In this document: one piece after another, positions 38,718 through 50,326 of the stretch | Position numbering within the stretch: the first letter of the stretch is position 1 | Layout: each line of letters begins with the position of its first letter | Assembly: GCF_006345805.1 (NCBI RefSeq) | Contig: NW_021831850.1 | Coordinates: forward strand, 1-64,000 | Direction: 5' to 3' | Length of the DNA stretch: 64,000 bases | DNA from: Octopus sinensis | Taxonomy: Eukaryota | Made by a program: the position numbers and the translations under genes | The notes under the pieces: generated by a model | Database searches by the model: none | Told to the model about the DNA's origin: nothing | Seen by the model: only the letters and a program-made list of their open reading frames with translations

Positions 38718-38720
<3 letters not shown>
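28027..38720. repeat. Mosaic of diverged local tandem duplications rich in SINE family A copies and GT-rich tracts
   Basis: Matching blocks: 31840-33540 ~ 34480-36060; 29690-30460 ~ 36055-36810; 30690-31200 ~ 33770-34170 ~ 37440-37640; 29160-29680 ~ 31200-31600 ~ 34140-34480; 28920-29150 ~ 31590-31830. Confidence 0.85.
38555..38720 (+). mobile_element. SINE family A head ending in the (TA)n that precedes the Penelope-like element
   Basis: gggttcagtcccactgggtggcacgttgggcaaatgtcttc...gatttggtacacggaaacagaaag, then (TA)n. Confidence 0.7.
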
Positions 38721-38788
<68 letters not shown>

Positions 38789-39255
38789 TAGATATATATA
38801 TAGAGAGATATAGATTTATATATAAACATAGATCTATTTAGATATATATATATATTGAGGTATGTTTATACCTTCTTCTTCTTCTTCTTCTTCTTCTTCT
38901 TCTTCTTCTCCACCCCCTACCCCTTAAGTTCGTCACTAATGTTTTTTAGTATAACACCTACGCTAATTCTATAAAGAAGCCTGTCAATATAAATATTCTC
39001 CTGAATTGAACTGAGACTGCCAGCCGCCACTGACCATTCAAAATACGACCATCAGGGCACTCCCAGATTCTCCCACCCCCTTTCCTCACCAGCCTTCTCT
39101 CTACTACCCTACCAAGAGCTCACAACTACCTCGAACACACAAGTGCAAACAAGGGAGTCAGAGAAAGGCAGAATGCCACTTAAATCTGAACACTACTATA
39201 GAAATATTCTTTTAAAAAAACTTTTCTTCTAATTTTTCTAAATTTAATTATTTAT

Positions 39256-39303
39256 CGTTACAGTTGAAAAGGTCTCAAAATGACCGAAACCGGTACTGAA
39301 ATG
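39256..39303 (+). ncRNA. Minimal hammerhead ribozyme in the 5' pLTR (U3-A8)
   Basis: CGTTACAG - TTGAAAA - GGTC TCAAAAT GACC - GAAA - CCGG TA (ACCGGT palindrome, GUA cleavage triplet ending at 39295) - CTGAAATG. Confidence 0.8.
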
Positions 39304-39367
39304 TTCACTATAAAATTATTTTAGCATTTTCTATTTTTTACTTGTTTTTTCATATATATCAACTCGT

Positions 39368-40652
39368 GTGTTCCTTTTCACCCTTATACATATCATTAAC
39401 CCACACGAGATACAGAAAATGCCGACAAAAACAGACACAATCACCTCCATAAACGAAGAAATACTGAAAGAACTCAAGAAAATTAACACAAATTTGTCAA
39501 CTTTTTTGAACAAATTCGACTCGACACTTCAACCCAATCGAGAGAACAATGAAGAAACAGATACGAAAAATACAACCTCCGAAATTGTCGAAAACCTTGG
39601 AAACTTATGCGAAACAATTAGAACATTTTTCTCTAACAACGCTAACCAAGGACCTCCAAACGAGTCAATATATGGGATCAATACTCTAACAACATACCAA
39701 ATGAAACACCACATAATACCACAATGGAACAAATCACTCAGAGATAGAAAGTTCGCCTTTTGGAAGATGATCCAAAACAACAACAAAGCGGATATATACG
39801 AAAAATGGCTCAACCGGACCCCGTTAATCCTCCCACGTAAATTCCAGTTCAAAGCTATTACAGAAGAACCTGAAACACAAGACACCTCAGGGAGAGAATG
39901 GCACTGGAAAAAATGAAAATGGAAATAGAACTTCTGAAATTGAGAGCCCAAACGAATGAGGATAAAATAAAATCCACCGATGAAGATATCAACGAAGAAT
40001 TCGCAAAATGACCCAAGGCCCAGATCAAGAGAAGTTCTCAAAACTATGGAAAGAGGACTGTGAAAAAGAAGAACTAAAATCTCTCCAACGCTGGGAGAAA
40101 AGCGCCACTTGGTTCTCAGACTATGAAGCCGTCTTTCAAACAGAGCACGCCTCCAACAACCCGTTCCAGAAAATAAGAAAACCAAAACAACACCCAAACA
40201 CCGATACACACCTCTCTAAAAATCGGAACCTTCACTACTATCAAAAAAAGAATACAGGACCTAACCCTAACTCTGTAAGCAGCCAGCGATACAATATCAG
40301 GAATACCCCCACTTCAAGCAGAGAAAGGATAAATCAACACCCACAGCATAGACACTGCAACCTCATCCCCACCCAAAGGAGTTACCAACGAAATCTTCGT
40401 CCCATTAACCGGTTAAACAACCATGCACAACAAACCCACACCACTTGCAATGATTACCAAGGAAGGCCTCCTAGAACACCACACCCGAATATGGGATATC
40501 GGGATGCTCTCCTCAATACTGCTCCAAGAACACACACCATAAATCACAACAGGAGACCCCTAATCAACAAAGAACAACTATATACTAGCTACCGTCCCAA
40601 CCACCGCATTCATTTTTTAGACCCAATACGCAAACACAGAGACACAAGATAG
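39368..40652 (+). pseudogene. PLE N-terminal ORF/domain interrupted by two 1-nt frameshifts
   Basis: ORF 39368-39916 joins frame ..RHLRERMALEKMKMEIELLKLRAQTNEDKIKSTDEDINEEFAK after a shift near 39880, then ORF 40008-40652 after a shift in AAAA at 40005-40008. Confidence 0.65.
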
Positions 40653-40789
40653 CACCAAACAAGCAGGAGGAACCAAAAGTAATAAAAATTATTAATCTAA
40701 CTCACAAGGAACTAACAGCAAACCAAATAAACATACTTTCCAAAGGACTCAAGTTTACACCCACCCCACAACACCCCAACTACAATGAA

Positions 40790-42958
40790 ATGAAAGAAGA
40801 CATCGCAGAATTCTGCAGAAAATTAAGACTTACTGAGGAGCTATACGATAAATACAACGAGGACGAATCGTTAGCCAGAAATAGGAGTAACTACACCCCC
40901 TCGAAAGGTAAGAATAAAACACTTGATGATTTCTGTGACCACATATCAAATTACCCATATCAACATATGCACAAACAAAAACACAAACCAAACTTCAGCA
41001 AAAAAGAATGGGCTGAGTTGAACAAATTAAAACTAGATAAAACAATAACAATCAAAGAGGCCGATAAAGGGAGTGCTGTTGTCTTAATGGATACGACATT
41101 TTACATAACTTTGGTACTTTCTATGCTGGAAGACACAACATACTATGAAAAGGCACAAAACTACAGTCAACAAAAAATAATGAGGGAACTAAAATCCATA
41201 TTAAACCCATACAAAGCAGGGCTAACCGACAAAGAATATGATTATATGACCAATTTCACAAGTAAAACTAGCCAATTCTACGGTATACCTAAGATCCACA
41301 AAAGTGAAAAAATAAGCAACGCATGCAAGATAGCTACAGACAAAATAATTAAAGTCCCTAATCCTAATGACCTCAAATTGAGACCCATAATAGCAGGTCC
41401 CGCATGCGAAACCCACCGCCTCAGTAACTTTTTAGACACCCTGTTAAAACCACTCCTCAAACATGTCAAAAGCTATATAAGGGACGACTTAGATATGCTC
41501 AATCACCTACCGAATACTATAAACAAAAACACCATACTGGTATCCTTCGATGTAGTCAACCTCTACTCCAATATCCCCCACAACCTAGGACTAGAGGCAA
41601 TCCAATTCTGGCTAGAGAATCACGCCAACGAACTACCACACCGCATCAAAAAAGAATTTGTGATAGAAGGGGTTAAATTCATCCTGGAAAATAACTTCTT
41701 CGCCTTCAATGACAACTTCTACCGACAAAAATCGGGGACTGCGATGGGTACACGAATGGCCCCCTCCTTTGCCAACCTAGTCATAGGATACCTAGAGATC
41801 AGTCTGTATCGTAAGGTTCTAGAAAGATATGGCAGCCCTTTCTCCATCTACATAGAAAACAACTGGAAGAGATATCTAGATGACTGTTTCATCCTTTGGC
41901 ATAAAAATATAGAAAAACTCATAGAATTCCAGAAAATTTTAAACGGACTGGACGTAAACATCCAATTCACGATGGAATATAGCCAACAACAACTCCCCTT
42001 CCTCGATATCCTCATTAAGAAAGCTAATAATATAATAGAAACAGACATATACTATAAGCCTACAGACTCTAAGCAATATCTTCCATTCAATTCATGCCAC
42101 CCCAGACACACCAGGATGAATATCCCCTTCAATCTAGCAAAAAGGATATGCACTATAGTCTCTAACGCAAACACCAGAGACACACGACTACAAGAACTAA
42201 AAGATACCCTAATCACCAGGAACTATCCACCTTCACTTATTGACAAATGCATTCAACGTGCCCTTCAACTTAACATCAAGGAACTGAGACATCCCAAATC
42301 AAAGAAAAACTTACAACCAAAAGCCTTACCATACATCTCCACACACAACCCTCTCAATAACGAAGCCTTCGACACCATCCTCCACAACATACCCCTCCTA
42401 AAAAAAGACCACAGAATGAACACAATCCTCCAAACACACACGATCATAAAAAGCAAAAGACAGCCTAGATCCATGAAAAGTCTCCTTACACAAGCCCGAA
42501 TTCACTCTTCAACACAGAAGCCGACAGTAAAAAAATGTGGAAGACCCAATTGCGGGATATGCGACTATCTAATCGAGGGTTCTGAGTTCTCCTTCAAACA
42601 GGGACAACGTTTTACAGTGAAAAGCAACTTCACATGTGCTTCGGAGAACCTAATATACTCACTAACCTGCTCCGGGTGTCAAGAGCAGTACATAGGCCAA
42701 ACAAAAAATGGTTTGCGTAAACGAATGGCCCTGCACAGATCCCAGATAAAAATTCCCCAAAACAGAAAAATAGCTTTTAGCCAACACATAGATACTTGCG
42801 CCAACAAAAAAACACCAAACTTCAGAATTTTCCCCCTCTACCAATTTAGGGACGATACAACCTCGAGACAACGAATAAGTAAAGAAAATCTCTTTATTAC
42901 AAAATACAAGCCACTTCTTAACGGTCTACGACAAACAATTAATATACCTCAACCTTAG
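40790..42958 (+). CDS. PLE reverse transcriptase - GIY-YIG endonuclease (intact, 722 aa from Met; frame open from 40589)
   Basis: LSKGLKF upstream of the Met, LRPIIAG, SFDVVNLYSNIP, GTAMGTRMAPSFANL, RYLDDCF, LPFLDI, YYKPTD, linker CGRPNCGIC, NLIYSLTC..C.EQYIGQT, P.LN. Confidence 0.93.
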   Translation: MKEDIAEFCRKLRLTEELYDKYNEDESLARNRSNYTPSKGKNKTLDDFCDHISNYPYQHMHKQKHKPNFSKKEWAELNKLKLDKTITIKEADKGSAVVLMDTTFYITLVLSMLEDTTYYEKAQNYSQQKIMRELKSILNPYKAGLTDKEYDYMTNFTSKTSQFYGIPKIHKSEKISNACKIATDKIIKVPNPNDLKLRPIIAGPACETHRLSNFLDTLLKPLLKHVKSYIRDDLDMLNHLPNTINKNTILVSFDVVNLYSNIPHNLGLEAIQFWLENHANELPHRIKKEFVIEGVKFILENNFFAFNDNFYRQKSGTAMGTRMAPSFANLVIGYLEISLYRKVLERYGSPFSIYIENNWKRYLDDCFILWHKNIEKLIEFQKILNGLDVNIQFTMEYSQQQLPFLDILIKKANNIIETDIYYKPTDSKQYLPFNSCHPRHTRMNIPFNLAKRICTIVSNANTRDTRLQELKDTLITRNYPPSLIDKCIQRALQLNIKELRHPKSKKNLQPKALPYISTHNPLNNEAFDTILHNIPLLKKDHRMNTILQTHTIIKSKRQPRSMKSLLTQARIHSSTQKPTVKKCGRPNCGICDYLIEGSEFSFKQGQRFTVKSNFTCASENLIYSLTCSGCQEQYIGQTKNGLRKRMALHRSQIKIPQNRKIAFSQHIDTCANKKTPNFRIFPLYQFRDDTTSRQRISKENLFITKYKPLLNGLRQTINIPQP

Positions 42959-43049
42959 AATAAAAGAAAAAAATATATATACACACACAAATACTACACT
43001 CAATAGAATCCATTACTAATCAGCCCCTTCATAGCTATATTTACATTCA

Positions 43050-43313
43050 TATTCTCCCTTCTCTGTTTTTTCTTCTTCTTCTTCTTCCTCTTCTTCTTCA
43101 TCATCATCGTTATCATCATCATCGGCATCATCATCATCGCCACCATCATCACCACCATCTTCTCCTTCTCCTCCTTCTTCTTCTTCTTCTTCTTCATCAT
43201 CATCGTTATCATCATCATCGTCGTCATAATCATCACCACCATCACCATCATCGTCATCTTCTCCTTCTCCTTCTCCTTCTTCTTCTTCTTCTTCTTCTTC
43301 TTCTTCTTCTTCT
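43050..43313. repeat. (CTT)n/(CAT)n tract between the PLE ORF and the 3' pLTR, with an internal ~100-bp duplication
   Basis: Directly visible. A (CTT)n run also precedes the 5' pLTR (38872-38909). Confidence 0.85.
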
Positions 43314-43658
43314 CCACCCCCTACCCCTTAAGTTCGTCACTAATGTTTTTTAGTATAACACCTACGCTAATTCTATAAAGAAGCCTGTCAATATAAATAT
43401 TCTCCTGAATTGAACTGAGACTGCCAGCCGCCACTGACCATTCAAAATACGACCATCAGGGCACTCCCAGATTCTCCCACCCCCTTTCCTCACCAGCCTT
43501 CTCTCTACTACCCTACCAAGAGCTCACAACTACCTCGAACACACAAGTGCAAACAAGGGAGTCAGAGAAAGGCAGAATGCCACTTAAATCTGAACACTAC
43601 TATAGAATATTCTTTTAAAAAACTTTTCTTCTAATTTTTCTAAATTTAATTATTTAAT

Positions 43659-43706
43659 CGTTACAGTTGAAAAGGTCTCAAAATGACCGAAACCGGTACT
43701 GAAATG
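43659..43706 (+). ncRNA. Minimal hammerhead ribozyme in the 3' pLTR (identical to the 5' copy)
   Basis: cgttacagttgaaaaggtctcaaaatgaccgaaaccggtactgaaatg; predicted cleavage after 43698. Confidence 0.8.
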
Positions 43707-43754
43707 TTCACTATAAAATTATTTTAGCATTTTCTATTTTTTACTTGTTTTTTC

Positions 43755-43781
<27 letters not shown>

Positions 43782-43785
<4 letters not shown>

Positions 43786-46700
43786 CTCTTTCGGGACCTT
43801 CTTGGATCTCTTTCGGGTCTCCGCTTTGTTCTCTTTCGGGACTCTTCTTTGATCTCTTTCGGGACCCTCTTTGATCTCTTTCGGGACTCCTCTTTGTTCT
43901 CTTTCGGGACCCTCTTTGATCTCTGTCGGGTCTCCTCTTTGATCTCTTTCGGGTCTCCTCTTTGATCTCTTTCGGGACTCCTCTTTGTTCTCTTTCGGGA
44001 CACTCTTTGATCTCGTTCGGAACTCCTCTTTGTTCTCTTTCGGGTCTCCTCTTTGATCTCGTTCGGAACTCCTCTTTGTTCTCTTTCGGGACTCCTCTTT
44101 GACCTCTTCCGGGAACCTCTTTGTTCTCTTTCGGGACTCCTCTTTGATCTCTTTCGGGACTCCTTTTTGATCTCGTTCGGGACTCCTCTTTGTTCTCTTT
44201 CGGGACTCCTCTTTGTTCTCTTTCGGGACTCCTCTTTGTTCTCTTTCGGGACCCTCTTTGTTCTCTTTCGGGACACTCTTTGATCTCGTTCGGAACTCCT
44301 CTTTGTTCTCTTTCGGGACTCCTCTTTGATCTCTTTCGGGACTCCTCTTTGTTCTCTTTCGGGACACTCTTTGATCTCTTTCGGGTCTCCTCTTTGATCT
44401 CTTTCGGGACCCTCTTTGTTCTCTTTCGGGACACTCTTTGATCTCGTTCGGAACTCCTCTTTGTTCTCTTTCGGGACTCCTCTTTGTTCTCTTTCGGGTC
44501 TCCTCTTTGATCTCTTTCGGGACTCCTCTTTGTTCTCTTTCGGGACTCCTCTTTGTTCTCTTTCGGGACACTCTTTGATCTCTTTCGGAACTCCTCTTTG
44601 ATCTCTTTCGGGACCCTCTTTGATCTCTTTCGGGACTCCTCTTTGATCTCTTTCGGGACTCCTCTTTGTTCTCTTTCGGGACACTCTTTGATCTCTTTCG
44701 GGTCTCCTCTTTGATCTCTTTCGGGACCCTCTTTGTTCTCTTTCGGGACACTCTTTGATCTCGTTCGGAACTCCTCTTTGTTCTCTTTCGGGACTCCTCT
44801 TTGTTCTCTTTCGGGTCTCCTCTTTGATCTCTTTCGGGACTCCTCTTTGTTCTCTTTCGGGACTCCTCTTTGTTCTCTTTCGGGACACTCTTTGATCTCT
44901 TTCGGAACTCCTCTTTGATCTCTTTCGGGACCCTCTTTGATCTCTTTCGGGACTCCTCTTTGATCTCTTTCGGGAATCCTCTTTGATCTCTTTCGGGACC
45001 CTCTTTGTTCTCTTTCGGGACTCCTCTCTGTTCTCTTTCGGGACACTCTTTGTTCTCTTTCGGGACACACTTTGATCTCATTCGGAACTCCTCTTTGATC
45101 TCTTTCGGGACTCTCTTTGATCTCTTTCGGGACTCCTCTTTGATCTCTTTTGGGACTCCTCTTTGTTCTCTTTCGGGACACTCTTTGATCTCTTTCGGGT
45201 CTCCTCTTTGATCTCTTTCGGGCCCCTCTTTAATCTCTTTCGGGTCTCCTCTTTGATCTCTTTCGGGTCTCCTCTTTGATCTCTTTCGGGACTCCTCTTT
45301 GTTCTCTTTCGGGACTCCCCTTTGTTCTCTTTCGGGACTCCTCTTTGTTCTCTTTCGGGACACTCTTTGATCTCGTTCGGAACTCCTCTTTGATCCCTTT
45401 CGGGACCCTCTTTGTTCTCTTTCGGGACCCTCTTTGTTCTCTTTCGGGTCTCCTCTTTGATCTCTTTCAGGACCCTCTTTAATCTCTTTCGGGTCTCCTC
45501 TTTGATCTCTTTCGGGACTCCTCTTTGTTCTCTTTCGGGACACTCTTTGATCTCGTTCGGAACTCCTCTTTGTTCTCTTTCGGGACCCTCTTTAATCTCT
45601 TTCGGGTCTCCTCTTTGATCTCTTTCGGGACTCCTCTTTGTTCTCTTTCGGGACCCTCTTTGTTCTCTTTCGGGTCTCCTCTTTGATCTCTTTCGGGACC
45701 CTCTTTAATCTCTCTCGGGTCTCCTCTTTGATCTCTTTCGGGACTCCTCTTTGTTCTCTTTCGGGACCCTCTTTAATCTCTTTCGGGTCTCCTCTTTGAT
45801 CTCGTTCGGAACTCCTCTTTGTTCTCTTTCGGGACCCTCTTTAATCTCTTTCGGGACTCCTCTTGATCTCTTTCGGGACTCCTCTTTGTTCTCTTTCGGG
45901 ACACTCTTTGATCTCGTTCGGAACTCCTCTTTGTTCTCTTTCGGGTCTCCTCTTTAATCTTTTTCGGGACTCCTCTTTGATCTCTTCGGGACTCCTCTTT
46001 GTTCTCTTTCGGGAAACTCTTTGATCTCGTTCGGAACTCCTCTTTGTTCTCTTTCGGGACACCCTTTGATCTCTTTCGGGACCCTCTTTGATCTCTTTTG
46101 GGGCTCCTCTTTGATCTCATTCGGGACCCTCTTTAATCTCTTTCGGGACTCCTCTTTGATCTTTTTCGGGACTCCTCTTTGATCTCTTTCGGGACCCTCT
46201 TTGATCTCTGTCGGCAAATTCTTTGATCTATATCGGCAAATTCTTTGATCTCTGTCGGCACCCTCTTTGATCTCTGTCGGCAGCCACTTTGATCTCTGTC
46301 AACACTACACTTTGATCTCTTTCGGAACTCCTCTTTGATCTCTTTCGGGACTCTCTTTGATCTCTTTCGGGACTCCTCTTTGATCTCTTTTGGGACTCCT
46401 CTTTGTTCTCTTTCGGGACACTCTTGATCTCTTTCGGGTCTCCTCTTTGATCTCTTTCGGGCCCCTCTTTAATCTCTTTCGGGTCTCCTCTTTGATCTCT
46501 TTCGGGTCTCCTCTTTGATCTCTTTCGGGACTCCTCTTTGTTCTCTTTCGGGACTCCCCTTTGTTCTCTTTCGGGACTCCTCTTTGTTCTCTTCGGGACA
46601 CTCTTTGATCTCGTTCGGAACTCCTCTTTGATCCCTTTCGGGACCCTCTTTGTTCTCTTTCGGGACCCTCTTTGTTCTCTTTCGGGTCTCCTCTTTGATC

Positions 46701-49262
46701 TCTTTCAGGACCCTCTTTAATCTCTTTCGGGTCTCCTCTTTGATCTCTTTCGGGACTCCTCTTTGTTCTCTTTCGGGACACTCTTTGATCTCGTTCGGAA
46801 CTCCTCTTTGTTCTCTTTCGGGACCCTCTTTAATCTCTTTCGGGTCTCCTCTTTGATCTCTTTCGGGACTCCTCTTTGTTCTCTTTCGGGACCCTCTTTG
46901 TTCTCTTTCGGGTCTCCTCTTTGATCTCTTTCGGGACCCTCTTTAATCTCTCTCGGGTCTCCTCTTTGATCTCTTTCGGGACTCCTCTTTGTTCTCTTTC
47001 GGGACCCTCTTTAATCTCTTTCGGGTCTCCTCTTTGATCTCGTTCGGAACTCCTCTTTGTTCTCTTTCGGGACCCTCTTTAATCTCTTTCGGGACTCCTC
47101 TTTGATCTCTTTCGGGACTCCTCTTTGTTCTCTTTCGGGACACTCTTTGATCTCGTTCGGAACTCCTCTTTGTTCTCTTTCGGGTCTCCTCTTTAATCTT
47201 TTTCGGGACTCCTCTTTGATCTCTTTCGGGACTCCTCTTTGTTCTCTTTCGGGAAACTCTTTGATCTCGTTCGGAACTCCTCTTTGTTCTCTTTCGGGAC
47301 ACCCTTTGATCTCTTTCGGGACCCTCTTTGATCTCTTTTGGGGCTCCTCTTTGATCTCATTCGGGACCCTCTTTAATCTCTTTCGGGACTCCTCTTTGAT
47401 CTTTTTCGGGACTCCTCTTTGATCTCTTTCGGGACCCTCTTTGATCTCTGTCGGCAAATTCTTTGATCTATATCGGCAAATTCTTTGATCTCTGTCGGCA
47501 CCCTCTTTGATCTCTGTCGGCAGCCACTTTGATCTCTGTCAACACTACACTTTGATCTCTTTCGAGAACCTCTTTGATCTCAGTCGGCACCCTCTTCGAT
47601 CTTTTTCCGCACCCTCTTTGATCACTGTCGGCACCCTCTTTGATGTCTTTCGGCATGCTCTTTGATCTCTGTCGGCGAGAAGTTTGATATATGTTGGCAG
47701 TCTTTTTGACCTCTATCTGTGCCCTCTTTGATCTCTGTCAACACTCCTGTTTGATCTCTGTCGGCTCCGTCTTTGATCTATATCAACACTCCTCTTTGAT
47801 CTCTTTCGGGAACATCTTTAATCTCTGGCGGCAGGCTCTTTGATCTCTTTTGGCACCGCCTTTGATCTCTGTCGGCACCCTCTTTGATCCCTGCAATATC
47901 AGGTTGTCTGGAATATCAGGAATGCCTGGAATGTCTGGAATGACTGGAATATCTGTCGGCACTCTCTTTGATCTATGTCGGCACCATCTTTGATATCTTT
48001 CGCGACCCTCTTTGATCTCTTTCGGGACTCCTCTTTGATGTCTTTCGGCATGCTCTTTGAACTCTTTCGGCACCGTCTTTAATCTCTGTCGGCACCCTCT
48101 TAGATCTCTTTCGGTACCATCTTCGATCTCTGTCGGCACGCACTTTGATCTCTGTCGGCACCCTCTATGGTCCCTTTCAGGACCGTCTTTGACTTCTGTC
48201 GGCTTTTTGAACTATGTCGGGACCCTCTTTGATCTATGTTTGCACCATCTTTGATTTTTTCGCGACCCTCTTTCAACTCTTTCGGCATCGTCTTTGACAT
48301 CTTTCGGCGTCCTCTTTGATCTCTTTCAGCACCGTCTTTGATCTCTGTCGGTACGCTCTTTGATCTCTGTCAGCATGCTCTTTGATCTCTATCGACAGGT
48401 TTTTTTATCTATGTCGGCACTCTCTTTGATCTCTGCCGGCACGCTCTTTGATTTCTGTCGGAACCCTCTTTCGTCTCTGTCAGCACCCTTTTTGAACTCT
48501 GTCGGCAGCATCTTTTATCTCTGTCGAGGCTTTTTGATCTCTGTCGACACTCCTTTGTGATCTCTGTCAAAACTCCTGATTGATCACTTTCGGCACCCTC
48601 TATGATCTAATTCGGGACCGTCTTTGATCTCTGTCGGCAACCTTTTTGATCTATGTCGGCACCATCTTTGATCTCTTTCGGCACCGTCTTCATCTCTCTC
48701 GGCACGCTCTTTAATCTCTGTCGGCACCCTCTTTCAATATCTCGACAGGCTCTTTGATCTCTGTCGACACTCCTCTTTTATCTCCGTCAACACTCCTCCT
48801 TGATCTCTTTCGGTACACTCTATGATCTATTTCGGGAACGTCTTTGATCTCTGTCGGCACGCTCTTTGATCTCTGTCGGCAAGCTCTTTTATGTCTGTTG
48901 TCACGTTCTTTGATCTCTGTCGGCACGCTCTTAGATCTCTATCGGTAGGCTATTTGATCTCTGTCGGTGCCATCTTTGATCTCTGTCGGCACTGCTCTTT
49001 GATCTCTACCGGCACGCTGTTTGATCTCTGTCGGCACCCTCTTTGATCTCTGTCGGCAACCTGTTTGATCTCTGTCGACACGTTCTTTGATCTCTTAGAT
49101 CTCTTTCGTAATCCTCTTTGATCTCTGTCAACACTTCTCTTTAAATTTTTTCGGGACCTACTTTGATCTCTGTCGGCTCTCAGTTTTGATATCTGTCGGA
49201 AGACTCTTTGACCCCTGTCGGGCCACTCGTTGATCTCTGTTGGCACTCGTTTTTGAGCTTTG
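43782..49262. repeat. ~5.5 kb minisatellite of 21-23 bp units (CTCTTTGATCTCTTTCGGGA.. grading into CTCTTTGATCTCTGTCGGCAC) with 317-bp and 1240-bp higher-order duplications
   Basis: Identical ORF-track translations at 44416 and 44733 (offset 317). 45081-46320 is repeated at 46321-47560 (offset 1240). Confidence 0.95.
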
Positions 49263-49431
49263 TCGGCACGTTCTTTGATATCAAAGTAGTAGTAGTAATA
49301 GTAGAAGTCGTAGTAGTAGTAGAAGTAACAATAATAATAAAAATAATAAAAAGAAGAATAATGATGATAATATTTATAATAAAATTAATAATAATGATAG
49401 TAGTAGTAGAAGTAGTATTAGCAGTAATAGC

Positions 49432-49475
<44 letters not shown>

Positions 49476-49922
49476 CATTAATAGTACTAGTAATAGTAGC
49501 AGTAGTAGTAGTAGTAATAACAATAATAACTGTAATAGAAGTAGTAGTAGTAATAGTAGTAGTAGTAATAGTGATAGTAATAATATCAAAAATAATATAA
49601 TTAATAATATTAGAAGTAGTACTAGTAGTAGAAGTATTAGTATAAATAATAAAAGTAATAGGAATAATAATAATAATAATAATAAAAATAATGATAATAA
49701 AAATGATAATAATGATAGTAGTAGTACAACTAGTAGTAGTAGTAGTAATAGTAGTAGAAGTAGTAATAGTAGTAGTAGTAGTAATAGTAGTAGTAGTTGT
49801 AGTACTAGTAGCAGTAAATATCATAGTAATAGAAATATTAATAGTAATAGTAATAGTAATAATAATAATAATGATATTAATAATATTAATAATAATTATA
49901 ATATTAATGATAATAATAAGAA

Positions 49923-49953
<31 letters not shown>

Positions 49954-50123
49954 TGTTGTTGTAGTAGTAGCAGTAAAATTAATTGTAATAGAAATAGTAA
50001 TAGCAATAGTAATAGTAATAATATTAATAATAATAAACATAATAGTAGTAGTATAAGTAGTGGTATTAGTAGTAGTAGTAGTAGTAGCAGCAGTTGTAGT
50101 ATTAGTAGGATTAATAATAATAT

Positions 50124-50161
<38 letters not shown>

Positions 50162-50278
50162 TAATATTAATATTATTAATAATTGTAATAATAATAATAA
50201 TAATAATGATAATAATAATAATAATAAAAATAATAATAATAATAATATTAGAAGTAGTACTAGTAGTAGAAGTAGTAA

Positions 50279-50326
<48 letters not shown>

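Larger units (their letters stand above)
38910..43762 (+). mobile_element. Penelope-like retroelement (Neptune-like), near full length with direct pseudo-LTRs
   Basis: ~450-bp direct repeats at 38910-39359 and 43314-43762 differ by only a few 1-nt indels. RT + C-terminal GIY-YIG ORF. (TA)n on both flanks. Confidence 0.92.

Noticed and set aside
39529-40209. 226-aa antisense ORF within the PLE
   Set aside because: Shadow ORF of the A-rich sense strand, with no motifs.
43724-47457. 444-596 aa basic repetitive ORFs (RKRTKRSPERDQRGVPKE...) on the minus strand
   Set aside because: The purine-rich strand of a 21-23 bp satellite almost lacks stop codons, so all three frames are open. Unit lengths are not kept at multiples of three.
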